The notes beneath the pieces were generated by a model that saw only the letters and a list, made by a program, of their open reading frames with translations, did not search any database and was not told the DNA's origin. A stretch of 47,756 nt of DNA, taken from NCBI GenBank assembly GCA_963633255.1, contig CAVGYO010000001.1, positions 1 through 47,756 on the forward strand, written 5' to 3'. Below are positions 31,626-37,666 of the stretch, piece after piece. The DNA comes from Erysipelotrichaceae bacterium (GTDB taxonomy: Bacteria > Bacteroidota > Bacteroidia > Bacteroidales > Paludibacteraceae). Numbering within the stretch: the stretch's first letter is position 1; each line of letters starts with the position of its first letter. The position numbers and the translations under genes were made by a program.

Positions 31626-34520
31626 CTATTCCTCTGTGATGTTTATCGGAATTTCTACTTCGATTGGCTCGCAAAGTTCCAGATTGGCAGGCGTGAAAGT
31701 GCCTTTTGCAATCCAAAGACAGGCCGAAAATGTGGTTGGCGTGTCGGCGTTGAACTGCCATGTGCCAGCCACCGACGATTCGACATGCACTTCTACATCG
31801 CTCAAACTGATGCTGCCGCCTTTGGCTACGGTTATCGGGCGTGTGGCAGCAAAAAATTCGGCGCGTGTTTTGCGCAGTATCACACTATATATTACAGTGT
31901 CCGAAGGCAGATAGTTGTTGTCGCCCGCCTGCCACGCCTTGATTATCAACTCTTTGTCGAGCGCATCGGCAGTCGCGGTGATGTTCAGTGTACCCTCACC
32001 TTCGATTTTGGCATACGCCTGACCGCTGCACGGCTCTATGGCGTAACTTACAGGCAGTTTCGATGTGGCGTAAGCGTCGAGCGTGAGGCTGTCCATCACA
32101 CCAATGCTGTCGGGCATCGACCACACAATTTTCTGCGCTTGCCGATTGACTGTAACGACCAGCGTGTCGTGCGCATTGTCGTAAAGGGCTTGGTTGTATG
32201 GCACAAATGTAATCTCTTGCTTGATGGCGCTTCCTGCGTTCGGCACAATGTTTTTGTTGGTCCACATAAAGTCGCCTTCAATCTCCTCGCCCGTAACGGT
32301 GGTGGCTTTGCCGCCCACTATCTCTACTTCGCTCAAGGTCTGTCCGTAGGTGATTTCGTTGCCAACGGTGGGCAGCGTCAGTTCGGGAATGCCTTTGAAA
32401 ATTTCGAGCGCAATGCTTATCGGCGTGGCGTCGTTGTATTCGTCGTTGCCGGGGCAGGTGGCGGTGATGGTAACGGGCGCGTCGGGGTCGGCTTTCAGAA
32501 AGACGAGTTGGTTGTTTTCGTTGAGTGTCAAGGCTGTTTCGTCCGAAATTTCGTAGAAAATCGGCAGTCCCGATACGGGATTCACTTTGTTCAGAATCCA
32601 AGTTTGCGTGGTGGCAATGCTGTCGCGCAGTTGCCAACTCAAATTTTGGTTGCGCTTGCTCACGCTGGTGGTGATGGGAATGCGCAGTGTGGCGTCTTTT
32701 TCGTTGCTGATTATCAGCGCATTTTCGTCGTTTTCGATGGCCGATGGCGTGTAACTTACGCTGATGGTGGCAGTACCATATTCGCCGCAGTTGCCTGTGC
32801 CGATGGTGGCTGGTTCAACCGAAAATTCGGCATTCTCGCTCTCCAAAGCCACATTGAGCAGATCTTGCAGGTTCGAGTAGGTTACGGTTACTGTTTTGCG
32901 TGTGGTTGTGCCATACTGTGCGTCGATGGCCAATGCACTGGCGTTTGCTTCTACAAAGTGGGCGCGCGTAACCTGCACATTTTTGAACACTTTGTAGCCC
33001 GTAGCACCCGCTTCGGTGAAGAGTTGTATCTTGGTCGCTCGGCGATCTAAATCGAAGGGACCAAAGTGGTAGTAGGTGTTTTTCTTGTCGAATTTGCAGG
33101 TGGCAATTTTGTCGCTCCACGAGCCGTTGATGTACTGTTTCACATAGAGGTCGCCGCCCCAAAACAGCATGATGGCTTCGCATTTGGCATCGAACGAGAG
33201 TTGCCCAGCGGGACTGCCGTCGAGCGTGTACTCTTGGCTGCTGATGGTCGAAAACGATTTTTCGGCGGTTTCGTCGCATACAAATGGCTCGCTCAAACAA
33301 CTGGCGTTCGGGTCGCGCACACGCACGGTGCGCACATACGAGGTGGCGGCGTACTCTGCATTGCCTGCCTGAATGGCGCGAATGGTGGCTGTACCTGCGT
33401 TGCTGGTCGAGATGGTCAGCACGCCGTCCGCAAGCGATACCACATTGCTGGCGTTGTCCACTATTTCGTAGGTGATGGGCAGCCCTACCGACGATTCGGC
33501 GGTGAGCGTTGTCGGCGCATCGCCCCACTTGAAGTTGAGCGACTGTGTCCAACTGATTTTCTGCGTCAGCAGGTTGGTAACCTCCAAACGCAGCGTGTCG
33601 CGCACTTCGTCGATGGTCTCGTTGCCCGCTTGGTAGGCGGTGATTTCGGCCGTGCCTGCTGCAACGGCTATCAGTTGCCCGTTCTCGATTTTCAGCACCG
33701 ATTCGTCGCTCGATTTCAGTTCGGTGAGTTCCAAACCGCTCGAAGCCACCACAAACGGACTCTCTATCACATCGCCGCGCGAAAGCATGGTAACCTCGTC
33801 GTCCCACCACACAATGTATTGCGGCTCTGGCTTGGCGTAGCCTTTTAGCGTGATGGTCGTCCAACCCGACTGTTTGTCGTTGTTGTAAATGGTTACTTTG
33901 GCGGTTTTGTTGCCTTTGGTTGTTGGGTGAAAGTCCACTGTAATCTCTGCCGTACCATAACTGCACAACGCCGCCGCAATGCTCGTGCTACTCAAACTGA
34001 AATCCGTGGTGTTGTCAATCGAAAGGCTCAACGCATTCACATTGCTCCAGTTTACCGAAAACTTGGCATCCTGCGACGAACCGCCCACTTCTACCGTGCC
34101 GCAATCGACCGTGCTTGCCGACGGCTCAACATAGGTGGCTTGGGTCAGAACAATGTTACTAATTGTCTTTTTAAGTGTTCCCGTTCCCTTGAACTCTAAT
34201 TTTGAAACGACTTTTCTGCCAAAATTAAAACTTTGACTTGTCGACGACTCGCCACTGATTATCGTAGCCGAAGAGCCGTCGGAGTAAGTGGCAGTTACAG
34301 TTACACCACCAATGGCCAGCGAACCTTTAGTGTAACTGAATGTCAGTTGGTCGCATGGTCTTGCTGGGTTTATCGTGAATGTTTTTGTCGAACTTTTCGA
34401 CGAATTACTCATGATTTCGTACGATCCGCCGTCGTTTATCAAGTAGCATTCTGCCCACGCTTGCGGCGCAAACGCTGTCAGCAACAGGATAAATGCAACG
34501 AATATATGATTTTTTCTCAT
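31626..34520 (-). CDS. Secreted 964-aa Ig-like (Big_2-type) / MBG-like repeat protein, no T9SS CTD or lipobox seen
   Basis: The start was moved to MRKNHIFVAFILLLTAFAPQAWA|E (cat at 34518-34520). Four modules begin Q(K/N)(I/L)xW. One carries the classic Big_2 signature SSDESVLKIENGQLIAVAAGTAEITA. TYG-containing modules (EITYGQTLSEVEI) are also present. The stop is 40 nt upstream of the giant gene's start. Confidence 0.88.
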   Translation of the reverse strand: MRKNHIFVAFILLLTAFAPQAWAECYLINDGGSYEIMSNSSKSSTKTFTINPARPCDQLTFSYTKGSLAIGGVTVTATYSDGSSATIISGESSTSQSFNFGRKVVSKLEFKGTGTLKKTISNIVLTQATYVEPSASTVDCGTVEVGGSSQDAKFSVNWSNVNALSLSIDNTTDFSLSSTSIAAALCSYGTAEITVDFHPTTKGNKTAKVTIYNNDKQSGWTTITLKGYAKPEPQYIVWWDDEVTMLSRGDVIESPFVVASSGLELTELKSSDESVLKIENGQLIAVAAGTAEITAYQAGNETIDEVRDTLRLEVTNLLTQKISWTQSLNFKWGDAPTTLTAESSVGLPITYEIVDNASNVVSLADGVLTISTSNAGTATIRAIQAGNAEYAATSYVRTVRVRDPNASCLSEPFVCDETAEKSFSTISSQEYTLDGSPAGQLSFDAKCEAIMLFWGGDLYVKQYINGSWSDKIATCKFDKKNTYYHFGPFDLDRRATKIQLFTEAGATGYKVFKNVQVTRAHFVEANASALAIDAQYGTTTRKTVTVTYSNLQDLLNVALESENAEFSVEPATIGTGNCGEYGTATISVSYTPSAIENDENALIISNEKDATLRIPITTSVSKRNQNLSWQLRDSIATTQTWILNKVNPVSGLPIFYEISDETALTLNENNQLVFLKADPDAPVTITATCPGNDEYNDATPISIALEIFKGIPELTLPTVGNEITYGQTLSEVEIVGGKATTVTGEEIEGDFMWTNKNIVPNAGSAIKQEITFVPYNQALYDNAHDTLVVTVNRQAQKIVWSMPDSIGVMDSLTLDAYATSKLPVSYAIEPCSGQAYAKIEGEGTLNITATADALDKELIIKAWQAGDNNYLPSDTVIYSVILRKTRAEFFAATRPITVAKGGSISLSDVEVHVESSVAGTWQFNADTPTTFSACLWIAKGTFTPANLELCEPIEVEIPINITEE

Positions 34521-34653
34521 CTCTTTTCTCTTTTGTTTGGTTTGAAAAATCTCTCGTACTCTCGTGTACGCGTGCGCGCGAGAAACGGTTGCGCACAATG
34601 CAGCAAAGCCCAACGCACGAGGGTGCATTAGGGAGTGCAGGGAAGGTGTGGAA

Positions 34654-35019
34654 TTAGCCCGAGTAGAGCGAAATGCGCAGCAGATGGCGTTGCGGCAACT
34701 CTTTGGCTGCCTCCATCAACAAGCGCAAGTTGGCCAGATTGGCCGCCATAAACGCATCGTACGCATTATGCGCTCGATGCTCGTACTGCGCCCGCAGTTT
34801 TCGGAAAAGTGTGCGGATATCGGGAACAATGTCGGTCGCTACAGGCGCATCGGTCGCACCGCCAGCCACAATCTCGTAGCGGCTTTCGACCTTATTGCGC
34901 TTCTGCACAGTGCAGAACATCTCGTCGCGCAGAGTAACGAAACCAGCCCAAAAGAACCAATAAATCAGTCCTTTGTATAGGTTTACGGCAACATCTTTGA
35001 GTAAATGTATCAAAGCCAT
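34654..35019 (-). CDS. Orphan 121-aa ORF, candidate first gene of the giant-protein operon
   Basis: ATG start about 20 nt downstream of a consensus promoter. Codon usage (CGC, CTG/TTG, GCG/GCC, TCG) matches neighbouring genes. It has a hydrophobic N-terminal segment (LIYWFFWAGFV) and a helical C-terminus. No recognisable family, and an open antisense frame exists, so the call is tentative. Confidence 0.5.
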   Translation of the reverse strand: MALIHLLKDVAVNLYKGLIYWFFWAGFVTLRDEMFCTVQKRNKVESRYEIVAGGATDAPVATDIVPDIRTLFRKLRAQYEHRAHNAYDAFMAANLANLRLLMEAAKELPQRHLLRISLYSG

Positions 35020-35038
35020 AGGCGTTCCCTTTACGCTG

Positions 35039-35071
35039 CAAAGTTACAACTTTATTTCTATAATATGCAAA
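35039..35071 (-). promoter_or_regulatory. Bacteroidetes-type promoter driving the 121-aa ORF / giant operon
   Basis: On the minus strand: TTTG (rc of 35068-35071), a 21-nt spacer, then TAACTTTG (rc of 35039-35046). The ATG is at 35019. Confidence 0.6.
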
Positions 35072-35257
35072 AATCGTTGCAAATACGGCGCGTAAAAAAC
35101 GCAAAAGCCTGATTTTTAGTAAGTTATAAAGTGTTAAAAATGTTAAAATGTGTTAATTTCGCAGAGATTTCTTGCTAATTTTATGCTGTCGCAACATCTG
35201 TTTTTGTCAATTTTTGTTCGTTTTTTGCCTTTTCTATATATAATATGGTGTAAAAAC

Positions 35258-35296
35258 GAAAGTTCCCGACTCTTTTTTCAGAATCGGGAACTCTTT
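35258..35296 (-). terminator. Intrinsic terminator downstream of the EF-G paralog
   Basis: 9-bp stem: agttcccga (35261-35269) pairs with tcgggaact (35284-35292). On the minus-strand RNA it is followed by uucguuuuua. It lies about 20 nt after the stop at 35314-35316. The loop is long (14 nt). Confidence 0.5.
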
Positions 35297-35313
35297 TTGT
35301 GTGCCGTTGGCGT

Positions 35314-37473
35314 TTATTCGTCCTTTTGCGTGGCTTCGTACTCTTTCAGCAGTTTGTCCTGAACATCGGCAGGGCAGAGTTCGTACGAGGCGAACTTCAT
35401 GGTGAACGATGCGCGGCCACCCGAGAGCGAACTGAGCGATGTGGAGTAGTTCGACAACTCTTTGAGCGGCACTTTGGCGGTGAGTTTCTCAAATCCTTTC
35501 ACGCTCTCCATGCCCATGATGATGGCGCGTCGGCCTTGCAGGTCGCCCATCACATCGCCCATGCGGTCGCTTGGCACAAGCACTTCGAGGTCGTAGATCG
35601 GCTCCATTACTTTCGGCCCCGCATTGCGGAATGCCTCGGCAAAAGCGTTGCGGCCAGCCAGTCGGAACGAGATTTCGTTTGAATCGACGGGGTGCATTTT
35701 GCCGTCGTACACAATCACACGCACATCGCGCGCATACGAGCCTGTGAGCGGCCCCTGCTCCATGCGGTCCATCACGCCTTTCAGAATAGCGGGCAGGAAG
35801 CGTGCATCGATGGCACCGCCCACAATGCTGTTGATGAATACCAGTTTGCCGCCCCATTCCAGCGGAATTTCTTGCGTGTCGCGCACGCTGATTTTGTACT
35901 CTTGACCGCCAAATTTGAAGGTGTCGGGCACCGGCATTCCTTCGGTGTAGGGCTCTACTATCAGATGCACTTCGCCAAATTGGCCAGCACCGCCCGACTG
36001 CTTTTTGTGGCGATAGTCGGCGCGCGCCGCCTTGGTGATGGTTTCGCGGTAAGGAATTTTCGGCTCGTCGTACACAATGGGCAGTTTGTCGTTGTTCTCG
36101 ATGCGCCATTTGAGCGTGCGCAGGTGAAATTCGCCCTGTCCATAAACGATGGTCTGCTTCAACTCTTTCGATTGCTCGACAATCCATGTGGGGTCTTCTT
36201 CGTGCATACGGGTGAGAATGGCACTCAGTTTCTCCTCTTCGCCACGCGTTTGCGGACTGATGGCGCGGCGGTATTTTGGGTCGGGATATTTGATGCGCGG
36301 GAACTCATAGTCGCAGCCTTTGCCGTCGAGTGTGTTGCCCGTGCGTGTGTCTTTCAGTTTTACGGTTGCGCCGATGTCGCCAGCCACCATTTCGCTCACC
36401 TCTTCGCGGTTTTGTCCCGAAACGGAGAATATCTGGCTGATGCGCTCTTTGCCTTGGTTGCGGCTCACATTGGTCAGGTCGTCGCCAGCGTGCAGTGTGC
36501 CGCTCATCACTTTGAAATACGATACCTCGCCGATGTGCGGCTCTACGCTCGTTTTGAACACAAAAATGCTGGTTGGTCCGTTGGGGTCGGGCGCAATTTC
36601 TACACCTTCGGTGGTAACGGGTTTGGGCATATCGGTAACGAAAGGCACCACATTGCCCAAAAATTCCATCAGTCGGCGCACGCCCATCGAGCGGCCCGAG
36701 CAGACGCAGAACACGGGGAATATGTCGCGCCCAATCAACCCTTTGCGAATGCCGTTGCGCATCTCGTCTTCGGTGAGCGAACCCTGTTCAAAGTATTTGT
36801 CCATGAGACCTTCGTCGTTTTCGGCGGCGGCCTCAATCAGTTTGTTGTGCAGTTCGTTGGCTCTCTCTTGCTCTGCATCGGGAATTGGCAGAATTTCGGG
36901 CGCACCGCCTTCGGGTTTCCAGCGATACATCTTCATCATCAGCACATCGACAACGGCGTTGAACTCTGGACCAACATTGAGCGGATATTGCACCAGCACG
37001 GTTTTTGCACCGAAACTGTCGCGCAACTGCTCAACGGTTTTGTTGAAGTCCGATTTCTCGGTGTCCAACTGGTTGCAAAGGAAAATGACAGGTTTTTTGA
37101 ACTTCTCGGTGTAGCGGAAGTGGTTTTGTGTGCCAACTTCGACGCCATATTGCGTATTCACAAGAATCACGGCTTGGTCGGTAACCTCGAGCGAGGTGAT
37201 GGCGCCGCCGATAAAGTCGTCGTTGCCCGGACAGTCGATGATGTTCAACTTTTTGCCGAGCCATTCGGCGTGAATCACCGTGGGGAATACCGAGTAACCA
37301 TACTCCTGCTCCACGGGAAAATAGTCCGACACGGTGTTTTTGGCATCAATCGTGCCGCGGCGTTTTATCACGCCACTCTCGTAGAGCATGGCTTCTACAA
37401 GGGTGGTCTTTCCTGCTCCAGAACTTCCCATCAACGAGATGTTCTTGATTTCGTTGGCTTGGTAAACTTTCAT
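35314..37473 (-). CDS. Elongation factor G paralog (EF-G2-like) with degenerate GTPase motifs
   Basis: 719 aa with five-domain EF-G-like length and similarity. The P-loop GSSGAGKT is intact. Switch II is DCPGN (rc of 37222-37236) instead of DTPGH. G4 is NQLD (rc of 37063-37074) instead of NKMD. There is no RGITI switch-I motif. Confidence 0.93.
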   Translation of the reverse strand: MKVYQANEIKNISLMGSSGAGKTTLVEAMLYESGVIKRRGTIDAKNTVSDYFPVEQEYGYSVFPTVIHAEWLGKKLNIIDCPGNDDFIGGAITSLEVTDQAVILVNTQYGVEVGTQNHFRYTEKFKKPVIFLCNQLDTEKSDFNKTVEQLRDSFGAKTVLVQYPLNVGPEFNAVVDVLMMKMYRWKPEGGAPEILPIPDAEQERANELHNKLIEAAAENDEGLMDKYFEQGSLTEDEMRNGIRKGLIGRDIFPVFCVCSGRSMGVRRLMEFLGNVVPFVTDMPKPVTTEGVEIAPDPNGPTSIFVFKTSVEPHIGEVSYFKVMSGTLHAGDDLTNVSRNQGKERISQIFSVSGQNREEVSEMVAGDIGATVKLKDTRTGNTLDGKGCDYEFPRIKYPDPKYRRAISPQTRGEEEKLSAILTRMHEEDPTWIVEQSKELKQTIVYGQGEFHLRTLKWRIENNDKLPIVYDEPKIPYRETITKAARADYRHKKQSGGAGQFGEVHLIVEPYTEGMPVPDTFKFGGQEYKISVRDTQEIPLEWGGKLVFINSIVGGAIDARFLPAILKGVMDRMEQGPLTGSYARDVRVIVYDGKMHPVDSNEISFRLAGRNAFAEAFRNAGPKVMEPIYDLEVLVPSDRMGDVMGDLQGRRAIIMGMESVKGFEKLTAKVPLKELSNYSTSLSSLSGGRASFTMKFASYELCPADVQDKLLKEYEATQKDE

Positions 37474-37610
37474 TGTGTAATAGATTTTTGGGTTAAACTT
37501 GTTTTAGTTTACGAAAAGAGTTTTTTACGCTCAAAATTTTCGCAATTTACAAATTTTTTGATTAAAAAGAAATTTTATTGATATGTTTTACAACATAATA
37601 ATGCACCTAG

Positions 37611-37646
37611 CAAAAAACGCGGAACTTTCCGAAAAAAGTCCCGCGC
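37611..37646 (-). terminator. Intrinsic terminator downstream of the nuclease gene
   Basis: Stem 37618-37628 pairs with 37635-37645 (cgcggaacttt / aaagtcccgcg, one A-C mismatch). The plus-strand A-run at 37612-37617 gives UUUUUU after the hairpin on the minus-strand RNA. It lies 21 nt after the stop at 37667. Confidence 0.6.
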
Positions 37647-37666
37647 CAGTGTGTCGCTTTTGCTTG

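Noticed and set aside
34564-34980. A 138-aa plus-strand ORF overlapping the 121-aa minus-strand ORF.
   Set aside because: It has no promoter and starts inside the upstream region of the 964-aa gene. Its composition is Arg-rich and shadow-like. The minus-strand frame has the consensus promoter and genome-typical codons, though its own call is still only tentative.
35150-35362. A 70-aa plus-strand ORF in the AT-rich gap upstream of the giant-operon promoter.
   Set aside because: It is low-complexity Phe/Leu/Ser-rich sequence that overlaps the EF-G paralog's terminator and 3' end. There is no promoter box and no similarity to anything I recognise.
35314-37473. A tetracycline ribosomal-protection protein (TetQ/TetM-like) as an alternative call for the EF-G paralog.
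   Set aside because: Ribosomal-protection proteins are about 640 aa and, to my knowledge, retain canonical DTPGH and NKxD motifs. This ORF is 719 aa with DCPGN and NQLD, and there is no mobile-element context.
35692-37581. A 629-aa plus-strand ORF opposite the EF-G paralog. Similar ORFs are 18568..19692 opposite mutL, 20384..21526 opposite the manC-like gene, 38456..39691 opposite the nuclease, and 44381..45454, 45760..46515 and 46910..47653 opposite serS, mreB and mreC.
   Set aside because: All are shadow ORFs antisense to genes with clear family signatures.
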